A stretch of DNA of 63,719 nt, the filler included, from Octopus bimaculoides (lineage: Eukaryota), in assembly GCF_001194135.2 (NCBI RefSeq). It is 6 parts of 6 records of this genome, joined end to end, with 100 filler letters (N's around TTAATTAATTAA, not from the genome) between each part and the next. Parts side by side here need not be neighbours in the genome. Positions count along the whole stretch, not along the records: positions 22,136 to 42,860 come from NC_068982.1; 5 more parts are not named here. One strand, 5' to 3'. Positions 26,581-38,342 of the stretch are shown here, piece by piece; within the stretch, counting starts at the first letter, position 1, and each line of letters begins with the position of its first letter. The notes beneath the pieces were generated by a model. That model made no database searches. It was not told where the DNA came from and worked only from the letters and a program-made list of their open reading frames with translations. Position numbers and translations under genes: made by a program.

Positions 26581-26885
26581 TGCATTGGTTCAAGTCCATC
26601 CAGGATCTTCCAGATGTATATTATGGCATATCTTTCTCGCCTACGCTCTAAGGAATAAAGTCTTAATCTCTTGAGTTTTCCCCAGTAGCTTATATGCTAC
26701 ATAGAGGCTATCTTCTTCGTGCAGCTTCGTTGGATTGCCTCGAGTTCTGAGATTAATTTGACACTGGTTGGTGACCATAGCTGAGAGCAATAGTCAAAGT
26801 GTCTTAGGACAAGTGTACCCCAGAGGACCATCATGGTTTCCTGATGCCTTTTTCTAAAAGTTCTAAGAATCCATCCGGTTAAATA
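26581..26885 (-). mobile_element. CR1/L2-group LINE reverse transcriptase C-terminal remnant
   Basis: LTGWILRTF...FDYCSQLWSP...LEAIQRSCTKKI..M*HISYWGKLKRLRLYSLERRRERYAIIYIWKILDGLEP. Confidence 0.8.
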
Positions 26886-26959
26886 CAAAGAATCTATCAT
26901 GGTTAAATACAAAAGAGAGAGAGAGAGAATACTGTACCAACTCTAACACTAAAACATAC

Positions 26960-28110
26960 AAAATAGATGCAGAAACCTTCACTATAGCAGTAGGCAAACG
27001 GCAGAATGGGAAGGTACCTGGAGTACCGTATGGTGTCACTCAGGCAGCTAAATGAAAGCAGCAAAAATAAATATATTAATGCAGTCCTGAGAAGTGAAGT
27101 AACATTGTACGAGTTAGCAGTGAACTCCTCAAGAAACACTCCTGATGATATCATATACAGCTCCAAAACAGCTGGGCTCTCTTATCTCAGAGAAGATCTG
27201 GATGGAAAGTACTCAGCATAAAAAAAAAAAAGATTTTGCATGGGTATGTTGCCCGGAAGCTTGAATAAGACAGTAGAATTGACACGAAGCACAGCTTCTC
27301 TTGGACACAAGACCACTACATCACATCACACTTTGAAGGCTATGCGTTTGCAATCCAGGAACAAGAGATTTCCACAAAGTACCTGATGAACGGGAGAGAC
27401 AGTGACGCTCTTGCAATCCCAAGGTGCAACCGCATCTGTAGGCTATGTCATGTTTCTGTGGAAGACATTACTCATGTGATCAGCAGCTGTCCTAAAATGT
27501 CGCCACGGTACTACCTCCCTATGCGGCACGATGTTGTTGCTAAAACAGTTTACAATGTCATCCGCAAAAAAGACTGTCCTGAAATAAACTTAGAAAATCC
27601 CTCTGTTATGGAATACATTCATAAACACCAACTCAAGGAATACTGGTGGAATATTTCCATCAAAACTTCTGTCAAATGTAAGCCTAACAGGCCGGATATT
27701 GTTGTTTGGGACAGAGGGGCAAAGATATGTATCATCAAAGAGGTTAGCTGCCCTGCAGTTATAAACACCTCTTTGAAAATCAAAGAAAAAGAGGATATCT
27801 ATGGACAACTGCTTCGAAACCTTCAGCTTCTATATCCAGACTACGAATTCATTTTCATGCCAATGATAATTGGAGCACTAGGTTTTGGTAGTAAATGCTT
27901 AAAGGAGAATCTGGATACACTGGGATTTTCAGAAAGAGAAATCGACCGGCTGATTCGTGCATTACAAGTCCAATCTGTGAGTGGAAAAATATGTAAGACT
28001 TTTCTCAAGTTCCAAACGTGAATTTGTCTGTGTTAACTGCATCCCAAAGACAGAGCCTTGTATCTTTGTTGGAAGTCGGCTCTCTCCTCAGTGGAAGATT
28101 TATAATAATT
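26960..28110 (+). mobile_element. 5'-truncated restriction-like-endonuclease non-LTR retrotransposon (R4/Dong-like)
   Basis: EGYAFAIQEQEI precedes the CCHC knuckle CRLC...EDITHVISSC, followed by RHD, the endonuclease NRPDIVVWD...EVSCP and the IIGALG motif. The upstream part is frameshifted. Confidence 0.85.
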
Positions 28111-28194
28111 AAAAAATAGTAGAGATATACATACATACATACCCGCGCGTGCTCATACATACACACAGACATACGCACACCCATTCATGCACAT

Positions 28195-28366
28195 AGAGAG
28201 AGAAAGAGAGAGAGAAAGAAAGAGAGAGAGAGAGAGAGCAAGAAAGAGAGAAAGAAAGAGAGAGAGAGAAAGAAGGATAGAGAGAAAGAAAGAGAGAGAG
28301 AAAGAAAGAGAGAAAGAGAGAGAGAAAGAAAGAGAGAGAGAGGAAGAAAGAGAGAGAGAGAGAGAG

Positions 28367-28413
<47 letters not shown>

Positions 28414-28437
28414 AAGAAAGAGAGAGAGAGAGAGAGT
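28195..28437. repeat. (AG)n / (AAAG)n polypurine tract
   Basis: Directly visible; it is the source of the poly-ER ORF. Confidence 0.95.
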
Positions 28438-28982
28438 AGCTACAATACTACATTTGAGTTTGAAGAGTTCGGTTACGTTGAGGAGTGATGTTTCGAGCTG
28501 TCAAAGTTGTTTATCTCGAAATATCAGGTTTTCCTTCTCTTCACATCATCCGAACGTATAGACATCTCTTAATCTTGTCTGTTGCCAATACAGATAACCT
28601 CCAGTTCCATTAAGTTCTATATTGTATCTTTTTCTTTTGATCTTATCTACATCTGTTGTAACTGCTTTTTCTTTCACATGAATGGCGGAATGCCATTTAG
28701 ACTTTATGAACTCCATATAAACGGACAATCTTTACAGTATTATATGACAAGCTGCTCTATGCCACCGCTGTTGTTGATGATCTGGCAACGAGTGCCAAGC
28801 TCTTTATTATTTTCGTCTGTAGAATATTGGATATATAACTAAGAGAGATTGATAACTAACTTAGTCGACATAGAATCAGCTTACTTGCTGAAGTGTCATT
28901 GGTAATCAGTCACAAAGACATTGGAAAGGGTTATGGATATTTCCCTCTGACTGCCATTTATCAGCCTGTCTCTGTAATTCGT

Positions 28983-29350
28983 GGCACTCCGTCGGTTATG
29001 ACGACGAGGGTTCCAGTTGATCCGATCAACGAACAGCCTGTTCGTGAAATTAACGTGCAAGTGGCTGAGCACTCAACAGACACGTGTACCCTTAACGTAT
29101 TTCTCGGGAAGATTCAGCGTGACACGGCTGGCCTTTCGAAATACAGGCACAACAGAAACAGGAAGAAAGAGTGAGAGAAAGTTGTGGTGAAAGAATACAG
29201 TAGGGTTCGCCACCCCTCCCCCTGCCGAAGCCTCGTGGAGCTTAAGGGGTTTTCGCTCAATAAACACCCACAACGCCTGGTCTGGGAATCGAAACCGCGA
29301 TCCTATGACCGCAAGTCCGCTGCCCTAACCACTGGGCCATTACGCCTCTA
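28983..29350 (-). mobile_element. SINE family A copy
   Basis: It is colinear with 32138-32515 (ggcactccgtcg...gaaattaacgtgcaagtggctgagcactc...ctaaccactgggccatt). Confidence 0.9.
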
Positions 29351-29417
29351 CGTTTCTGTAACAACGACTTATCTAAGGTATAATATTTACTGAAGAAATG
29401 TGATGCCATTTACTTAC

Positions 29418-29536
29418 ATAAACTTGGGATCGAAAATTTTACTACGAAGGGTTCTCTTTCAAACGTATCTTCTCCCTTTTCCTCCGAACCATCGTCGTAG
29501 TGAAATGAGTCAACTATAGTTATTCCGGTGTCATTT
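29418..29536 (-). CDS. DNASE1: DNase I-family gene exon ([40 protein letters not shown])
   Basis: 119 nt between ttttcactcag and gtaagt, phase 2 to 1. It matches DNase I VDSYYYDDGCEPCGNDTFNREPAIVRF. Confidence 0.93.
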
Positions 29537-29572
29537 CTGAGTGAAAAACAAAATTCATCTATTAATTCGAGA

Positions 29573-29700
29573 TACAGTAATCACTCGCCATACCGCGGTT
29601 CACCTATCGCGCCCACAGTACATCGCGGATTCTTCTGGCTAATATATGAAAATTTATATCGCGGGTTTCTGCGACCGATTGGTGTTTATATTTTTTTTTA
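29573..29700 (+). mobile_element. Possible pogo/Tigger-like terminal sequence (one end only)
   Basis: TA-CAGTAATCACTCGCCATACCGCGGTTCACCTATCGCG resembles Tigger-type TIRs from memory. No matching second end was found. Confidence 0.4.
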
Positions 29701-29948
29701 GGTTTTAATTATTTCTGTGGTAAAATAAGAATTTTCACCTCTAAAAATAAAACTACAGTACAGTACTGCACTGTATAACACATTAATTAAAATATATTAA
29801 AAGAAAATACGTAGTGTACCGTAGATGAGTAAACAAAGAATCGCACATACTGTATGGAAAACGAAACACGGGAGGCGAGTGTGTGGTGTTGTTTTGCCTT
29901 TAGAATAAAATTAATATATACAAACTATGAAAATGATTAAAAAAATAT

Positions 29949-30708
29949 GCGTAGGAGTGGCTGTGTGTTAAGTAGGTTGCTTACGAACCACATGGTTCCA
30001 GGTTCATTCCCACTGCGTGGCACCTTGGGCAAGTGTCTTCTACTACAGCCTCGGGCCGACCAAAGCCTTGTGAGTGGATTTGGAAGGCGGAAAATGAAAG
30101 AAGCATAGTCGAGATGGTATGTTTTCTTCTCTTACCCTTGTTTTTTTGCAAACATCTTCAAAATGACTTTCTAAAATGAAATTCCATTATGCAGCTGAGG
30201 AGTACATTTTCATTGTAAATTCTATGTGGTGTTCTCACTACATGAATAAATGGAGCTTGTACGAAACGTACGTGCTGCTATAACCTATTGANNNNNNNNN
30301 NNNNNNNNNNNNNNNNNNNNNNNNNNNNNNNNNNNNNNNNNNNNNNNNNNNNNNNNNNNNNNNNNNNNNNNNNNNNNNNNNNNNNNNNNNNNNNNNNNNN
30401 NNNNNNNNNNNNNNNNNNNNNNNNNNNNNNNNNNNNNNNNNNNNNNNNNNNNNNNNNNNNNNNNNNCGTGAGAGAGTTAGGGGTTGTGTGTGTGTGTGTG
30501 TGTGTTTGTTCCCCCAAAACATCGCTTGATAACCGATGCTGGTGTGTTTATGTCCCCGTAACTTAGTGGTTCGGCAAAAGAGACCGATAGAATAAGTACT
30601 AGGCATCCAAAGAATAAGTCCTGGGGTCGATTTGTTCGACTAAAGGCGGTGCTCCAGCATGGCCACAGTCAAATGACTGAAACAAGTAAAAGAGAAGAGT
30701 AAAGAGTA
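29949..30708 (+). mobile_element. SINE family B copy interrupted in its internal repeat by a foreign insert and a gap
   Basis: Head at 29949-30108, unrelated sequence at about 30110-30291 (contains the hammerhead motif), a gap, a TG repeat, then the 3' half at 30505-30708. Confidence 0.75.
30191..30278 (+). ncRNA. Type-I hammerhead ribozyme-like motif with extended helix II
   Basis: GCAG-CTGAGGA-GTACA-[51 nt containing ATGTGGTG/CACTACAT hairpin]-TGTAC-GAAA-CGTACG-TG-CTGC. Helix I and helix II pair perfectly and helix III is the palindrome ACGTACGT. Position 17 is G, which is normally not cleavable. Confidence 0.65.
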
Positions 30709-31439
30709 CAGTCCTGTTTCGACTTCACCTATTGCGAGGCGTTTTGGAACGTGACACCCGCAATAGTCGAGGTATTATTGCATGTTCGAATTTGTTGCTG
30801 CCTTGTTACTAGCTCTTGGTGTTCTTTTAGCATAATTTCATTTGCACCAAGAATATTTTATGGGAATATTAAATCGAATTCAGAATGTGACTTTTAAGAG
30901 ATTTCATATAGATCTCGAATAGCTGTAGTCGTAATAAGTTTAATTCGCATCTCGTGCATCTCGATTTGAGGGAGCGGTTGTGTGTATGCGTGTATGTATG
31001 TGTGTGAGTGTGTGCGCATGTGCGCATCTCTGTAAAGTTTGACACAAAATCTCATTGCATCACTTAAAGTTTCAGAAGATGAGAAAAAAGGCATCAGAAC
31101 GATCAGAAGCACCGGAAAAGCTCCGTAACGAAGTAAGCGTGAGAAACTTCTGTTAACATCAAGAAAAAAAAAAAAAACTCTACGAAACCTGTAGAGTGCT
31201 CGTTTCTTCTTTTCGTGCGCCTGTGGTGCGCGCGCGCGTGTGTGTTTGTTTGTTATGTATGCATATGTATATGAAACTGTGTACTACATTATTTCCATTC
31301 TTCTGTTTTAGAGTACTTTTTGTAAAATTGCTGGCAATGTGCTATGTTAATGTTTGACTGATTGTCGTATATAAGATTCAGTCAAGAAAACAGTGTGTGT
31401 GCATGCGTGGTAGTAGGAGAGAGAGAGCGACAGACAGAT

Positions 31440-31486
<47 letters not shown>

Positions 31487-31968
31487 TGTGTGTGTGTGCG
31501 TGTGTGTGTGTGTGTGTGTGCGTGCGTTTGTACTCGTCCATATGTGGGTGAACGGCTACCATTTAAAACCAACTCGCAGCATGTTTTGTTTTCAATTCCT
31601 TTTGCTTTTTACCTTTTGAATATAAACTACAAAATTAAGCGAAAAAAATATTTCTCGAAGATTTTTGCAAAAGTTTGCAGTTCCAATTTGATGAAAATTC
31701 TTGCAACTCCAACCATAGTAGAACCCTTCACTACAGCTCAGTGTAATCATAATTCTTTCACTTTATCTTTTCTACATTTAATGTTTCTAACCACACGTCA
31801 GTCTTACTTCATTTGTAGTTTCCATTAACTTTCGGCCAGCAAGACCGCACAGAAAAACATCACACTGTGCATTATTTTACAGCTATATACATTACAGAAC
31901 ACTGCACTAGTTCAATGCATACTAAACAACAAGAAGAAATTTCAAACATCATAAAATGTTTTACGTAC

Positions 31969-32049
31969 CGATAGTAGAATGCATAATTTTCTTTGCTGCG
32001 TGTTCGTCCAAGCCTGTCGCTTAATTTCATACTATAACTATATCCGTTT
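31969..32049 (-). CDS. DNASE1: DNase I-family gene exon (NGYSYSMKLSDRLGRTRSKENYAFYY-R)
   Basis: 81 nt between ttccag and gtacgt, phase 2 to 2, in frame with both neighbours. It matches the DNase I SEPLGRNSYKERYLFVYR segment. It is not in the ORF track and was read manually. Confidence 0.92.
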
Positions 32050-32126
32050 CTGGAACGAAGTTGGAGAATTATACATAGAATATGATAGGAAACGTAACTT
32101 GGAAAAACAAATTCCTAACTAGAAGT

Positions 32127-32515
32127 TCCTCTTTCCTGGCACTCCGTCGCTTACGACGTCGAGGGTTCCAGTTGATCCGACCAACGGAACAGCCTGCTCG
32201 TGAAATTAACGTGCAAGTGGCTGAGCACTCCACAGACACGTGTACCCTTAACGTATTTCTCGGGGATATTCAACGTGACACAGTGTGACAAGCCTGACCC
32301 TTTGAATTACAGGCACAGCAGAAACAGGAAGTAAGAGTGAGAGAAAGTTGTGGTGAAAGAGTACAGCAGGGTTCGACACCATCCCCTGCCGGAGCCTCGT
32401 GGAGCTTTAGGTGTTTTCGCTCAATAAACACTCACAACGCCCGGTCTGGGAATCGAAACCGCGATGCTATGACCGCGAGTCCGCTGCCCTAACGACTGGG
32501 CCATTGCGCCTCCAC
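32127..32515 (-). mobile_element. Full-length tRNA-headed SINE (family A) with 13-bp TSD
   Basis: The head on minus is GGAGGCGCAATGGCCCAGTCGTTAGGGCAGCGG...GGTTTCGATTCCC (A- and B-box-like). CCTAACTAGAAGT is duplicated at 32114-32126 and 32516-32528. Confidence 0.9.
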
Positions 32516-34057
32516 CCTAACTAGAAGTACTAGCAACAATACCAGCATCAGTACCAGCACGACTAGTATGTTTGTACTACAGGAAGTAAGGTATGGCTAT
32601 TTGGATGTAGGTATGACTGTAGCTAAGATGTTTTCTTCACAATTATAGAGTTCCGTGTTCGGTTCCATTGCGCGGTACACTGCACAAGATTTTTTTTTAT
32701 CAAAGTTTTGGGTCGATCAATGTCTTGTGAACAGCGGCGTAGCTGATGGAGAAGCAACTGAAGCGACTGCTCCCCTGGAACACATTTTTCAAAATTGGTG
32801 CTTTTCAACAATTTTGTTTTAACTCTTTTGCTTACTTGTGTGATTAAAGTTGAATCTCCCTCTTTTTTTCTCTATTTTGTTAATCACGAGGTTTTGGAGG
32901 GACTTTTAGGACTCATTATTTTATCTGAGCAACCTCCCGGGGTTTTTTTATCTGCTTGCTCAACCTCTTGTAATGTGTTGGTAGCCGCTGACACCTGAAG
33001 AACCAAAACAAACCCTGACGTCGTCACCTGTCGACACTTGACGATCTCATGGAGTTCCATGTTTTTCACATCACACCTCTATCAGTAGTTGTAAATTTCA
33101 AACATAATGACATTATTACAAAAACATGAAATTAATGAATGTAGAATATTATTATGTATAACTGATAAAATATTTTGTGTAATATAAGAGAAATGAGTTA
33201 AAAATTGTTTAGTGTGTCGCGGCACCTTTCTTTTTTATGTACATTCATTCCTTAACTTTAGAACCTGGCTACGTGAATGAGCTTATGAATGAGATTGGTG
33301 GACGGAAACTATGTGGAAACCTGTTTTGAGTTGTAGATTAATATGTTGCTCGGTTTAACACTACCACATGGTCTTTTGCTGACTTTAAGTGACTCGGCTT
33401 TGTTGTAAACATTTGCCTCAAGTTCCAAGGTGGAGGACAGCTTCCTCCCCCCCCCCCCAGTCTCAGAGGCCCTGAAAAGAGTCATAGGTATTGTTTTTAC
33501 TCTTCTGATCCAGCCACGAATAAAAATGACCAACGCTTTAAAGGCAGGAGAAATCTGGAAAGTTCAAAGTTTCAGCTCATGTATTGCAATGCAAAGGCTT
33601 GTAAATCATAATAGAATCAACCATAGAAATTGTTTTAAGTCCTCTTTACACACATTTAACGTGGTGGAATTAAGTAGACTTTTCTATCAAACTTTGAAAG
33701 AAAATTTCAGCATTAACAAAGCCTCAAGTCGACCGAAACCTACTGAGTAATATCTTGTAAAGAGAAACTGTAAGTAATCTAGTCAGAGAGATCGATACTG
33801 TTCTTGGGTGGTTGACTCAATTTATCATCTGGTTCAACACCAACGCAAGGTCATTGGGTACCTTTCACGGAGTGTATTCTATTGAAAGCATCCAGACCAG
33901 GTCTTCGGCCTCAGGATAATTTCTGTCCTTCCAGTTTGAAAAACCTGAACATCAGCATAGATGCTGTCCTTCTTCTTATGACTATTATATATATAATGGT
34001 AATAATGGTTAGAATTTAAGGGAAATCTCAAATCTGGAGAAATAGAAATATACATAC

Positions 34058-34146
34058 GTGTTAATGGCTTTTAAAAGTTGTTCAGGGGTTTTTCCTGATT
34101 TGTCTCTAATTTCTTGTATTAGAATAATATCGTATCTTTGAACAAT
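34058..34146 (-). CDS. DNASE1: DNase I-family gene, first identified exon (IVQRYDIILIQEIRDKSGKTPEQLLKAIN-T)
   Basis: 89 nt between ttttcag and gtatgt, phase 0 to 2. It aligns by eye to vertebrate DNase I ILSRYDIALVQEVRD and keeps the QE.RD motif. The symbol denotes the family; one-to-one orthology is not established. Confidence 0.93.
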
Positions 34147-35469
34147 CTGAAAATAAAAAAAAATAGATATAAAAAAAGCAACTGAAATAGCCACAACCAG
34201 GAATCCAGCCTAAGCAGCAGATAAGGTTCACTTTGAACTTATCTGCATCACATATGGTGTACGCATGCATGTGTGTGCCCGCATATATGCACATGTATGT
34301 GTATGTACGTTTGTCTGTGTGCATATATGAACGCATGTATGAATGTTTGTATGTATGTTTGTATGTGTGCATGTGCGCGCGTGTGTTAAATGTCATGGCT
34401 GTGTTTGCGGTGAATGATATTGGAATATTGTCTCAACAGTCATAACATCAGTTCCACAAGGAATAAATAGCTAGACTATCACAAAAATCTGACATTCAAC
34501 GCCTAAAATTATCACATGTAATAACTGTGCACATGAAATCCGTAAGTATAATGAGTAGGGATTGCCGTATGATTTAGGAGCTCACTTCGTAACTATGTGG
34601 TTTCGTGTTCCATCTCACTGTGTGACACATAGGCCAAGCGTCTTCTACCACAGCTTCGAATCAATCAAGGCCTTATGAAGGAAATTTAGTAGACGTAAAC
34701 TGTGTAGAAATCTGTTCAAGTGATCGTCTCTGTCTTTGGATAGAAAATTTAACCTATTGCTCGGTCCAACACCCTCACTTGGTCTATGAGTGCCATTAGC
34801 GGAGTCTGCTGTGTTGCTCGCATTCAGGCTAGGTTTCCTGTTGGAAGGTAACTTCCTTCCCCGTACTAGCTTTTGAGGTCCTAAGGTAATGGACATTCCC
34901 CTTTCTTCTCTGTCTAAGTCTTGCGTGTTTATCTTATAAAATATTTGGCGGAATATCTTCACTAATAGTAAAATTAGACAATTCATGACATAAAATCTAT
35001 CCCAGCATATCCTCGATGTTTTATTTGCTATTCATTTCTGTGAGGCTACGTTTAATTTCTCCATCAGATTGAATAGGTATATCTCAGAGTTGTTGGCGTA
35101 TTGTTGGTACCTTGATCGAAAGAAAACAACTATTGTGAAAGATGTCTCAGCCATGGCTCTCCCGTATTTTTATTTTGGTATCATAGAACTACATCATTCA
35201 AAATGTCCTTTTACTTAAGACGTTAGAGTGGACGTGGGGTAAATCTTGCTGCTATTTCTAGCACATCGAGCTACTTGTATAGGCTCCCTAGTTGGCTTGT
35301 AAGTATCAGAGTATTAGAAGTTGATCACTTTTAGTTAGCTTATTTAAAATGTTTGCATTACCTGCTCAGTGTCCAATAAATAGGCTATGTGTCAACATGC
35401 ATGGAAAAGAAAATAACAGAGGATAGTAGTGAAGCCCCCTCCCCACCATAAAAAGCAATATGACCAAAG

Positions 35470-35772
35470 ACTGTGTACTCTATCGCATGCAGCTGCGGTA
35501 CAGTATTCAAAGGAGGAACATGTCGCCTCCTTAAAGTAAGAGTAGATGAACATCGGAAAGCCGTGACACGAAGGTATATTGAAAAGTCAGGTATAGCCGA
35601 TCACGTATGGTAAAATGGAGACCACCAACCCCTGTGAGATGAGGTCAAAATAATAGATAGAGAGCACTACTGGAAAATTAGTAAATCCAAGGAAGCAGCG
35701 CATATGCTAAGACACAAGCTCCGTAGGCGGCCAAATGCAGCGATGAATACAATATAGGAACCAATAATTACG
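35470..35772 (+). mobile_element. Decayed Penelope-like GIY-YIG endonuclease
   Basis: Manual translation gives TVYSIACSCGTVFKGGTCRLLKVRVDEHRKAV...KSGIADHVW*NGDHQPL*DEVKIIDREHYWKISKSKEAAHM, with in-frame stops. Confidence 0.75.
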
Positions 35773-36339
35773 AAAGAAGGGGGCAGACTGCTACAACAGA
35801 TTACAAAGAATTAGGTTTATAAGTCTTAAAAATTCAGTCTATCCTACCTACTGGCATAGCGTAGTAGATAAAGACGTTGATTAATGAAGTGCATTCAGCT
35901 AGATTTTGATTTCAATCCCTAGTAAGGCACCAGTTCGAATTATATAAATTCCTTGTCTCAGAAATAAAGAACTGCTTTCTTTTGAAATCCTCATCTAAAG
36001 ATAAAATTATAACATACACAGATATTTGATAACGAAGGTTATTTGACTTTCTATTGATATATCTTTTAATGCATAAATTTATAGACATAGTTTCATTGTG
36101 TTAAACATTTCGATTGTGGCGACGATTTGAACACACAAATGCAGAATAATATACATCTTTTCCCTCTCTTTCTCTCAATTTCTGTTTCTATTTTTCCGCT
36201 GGTTCTACTATTTCCGTTTCTTTTTTTATATTCCCTTCTCATTTTTCTCTCTACATTACCTTTATTTATTTAATTATTACCCCCATTGGTATAACACTAG
36301 GACAAAACAGGTAGATTACAAGAACAAGCAGAATAACAC

Positions 36340-37215
36340 TAAAGGAATACGAATCAGTTGTAGGGATCAAAATCAACGCTGACAAGTCGGCGAGCTTGTG
36401 GCTGGGCACCTGGCGAGGCAGGTCAATGCTGTTGGACGTTGGACTGACGGACCAGTTAAGCTGCTTGGTGTCTGGTTTGGTCCCGAATTCCAAAACGATA
36501 AAAAATGGGACAAGATGACATAGAGGGAGGCCGATCTTACCCAGAAATGGGCAGAGAGGAAGCTGTCCCTGAAAGGTCGAGCAGAGGTGGTGGATATCTA
36601 CAGCAATCGCCTGATTGTCGTACCCTGCCCCGGTCACTGCTTGACCAGGTTGGGGCGTCTCTTATTTAATTTCTTGTGGAAAGAACGTGTTCCAATGGTC
36701 AGGTGTTCAGTCTGCTGCCAGCAACCTCTGAGTGAAGGTTTAGGCATGCAGTGGCGTCTGACGCGGAGACACGCGCTTAGGCTGTGCCATATAAAACGAT
36801 TTCTGGACGGTGACAATGTATAGGCTCCGTTTCTGAGGCATGGCTTTCCGCAGCTCATCTCCTTGATGGAGCTGCAGTCCTTGGTAAAGAAAAGACCGAG
36901 TGACGCTAGGTGCTCACAGCCCTCTACCAGTCGAACAATGGAATCAGCAGAAGTCCACTTTAGCAATACTGGCTAGTCTGTTCCGGAGGACTTTCCGGTC
37001 AGCGACCACTATGGATAATGTTCAGATGTCCTTGACATAGCAGTACTACCGAAGGGCGCTACTAGTTCAAGATAAACTCTACAGGCACGAATATGCTGTC
37101 AGACGGGCTTGCCCGAGGTGCGCGTAGAGCGATGAAACCGTTCTGCAAGTACACAATTGGAGAGAGCACTTGCCCTTGATATTCAGGGTGATCCTGCATG
37201 TTGGGGTTCCTCGAC
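36340..37215 (+). mobile_element. Tx1/L1-clade LINE remnant (RT thumb plus CCHC)
   Basis: GIKINADKS..LWLG, VKLLGVWFGP, WAERKLSLKGRAEV, FNFLWK...P..EGLGM, and later CPRCA*SDETVL. It carries multiple frameshifts and stops. Confidence 0.75.
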
Positions 37216-38308
37216 TTCCCCTAGAGTCCTCCTGTGTCAGGAGGACAACATTGCTATCACCCCACCTCCTTTTTTTTTATTCATCTTATACTATTGTATA
37301 CTATATATGCTTCCGTTCTCTGTTTTATTGTATACTGTGTATACTTTCTCTCATTTCACTATATGTAAACCCAAACTCTTGACGTTCACCCTGATAGCAA
37401 ATTAAAGAAATCATCAACATCATCATCAGCATTATTCTTCTTCTTATTGTTGTTGTTGCTATTATTGTTATTCAGCCTCCGTCTCCGACCCACCGCGTGC
37501 TCTGTACAGTTCAAAGTGCCGTCGAAATTTCGTACACGCCTACTTGAATTCGAATAGCACGCACTTGTCACTGCCTGTCAAAGACCGAATTGTGATTCTG
37601 TTGCCACGTTGCGCCTCTGCCACTCGTGGCCTACCCATCGAAAGGCTTTCATTCCTTCATGTCTTAGCGCACGTGCCTTAGCTCTGAAAACACAACCTTT
37701 GTACTTTGCAGGTGCATTTTTGAACAGTAGCCTTGTTGGTTTACAGGCTTTCAAGATACTAGCCACTGATTCACAGGACTTTTTTGCCTACCAAAGTACA
37801 ATCACAAGTCTTGGGTTGATCTCAGTTTATAGTAAAAAAACATTTGAACAAGGCAGTGGGACCAAAGACAGAACCACGTGGTTGCAAAACAAACTTCTTA
37901 ATCACACTACAATATACATGAATGACGAAACCATTACTTTATCAATTAAACAAGAACTAATAAATCTTTTTGCCTTCTTGGTAATTATAGGTCTGAAATG
38001 ATGAATTTTCAAGTTACTGAACTGGTTCTTTCGTTTTACCTTCTTGCCACTGCCCTACTCTTGAACTTTTATTCCAGTCTCTTGTCCTCTATCATTCACC
38101 CACTTATCTATAGTAAAAAGTTGTTTGTTTTTTGTTGATTTTTTTTCCTAATTCATATATGGTCTATGTTTTCTGAAGTCATACTGTTGTTTTTTCCCTA
38201 AAAGCTTTTTATATAGTGTAATGGATGCATCTTCCGCATAAGTTGTCAGACAAGTATATACTGGCAATTGATCTGACTTTAGATTCTTAGTCCTGAGCAC
38301 CTATCACA

Positions 38309-38310
<2 letters not shown>

Positions 38311-38342
<32 letters not shown>

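Noticed and set aside
34645-34986. 113-aa ORF just upstream of the first found DNase exon as the signal-peptide exon
   Set aside because: It has no FN(I/V)xxFG motif or suitable donor, and its 3' part overlaps a decayed family B SINE.
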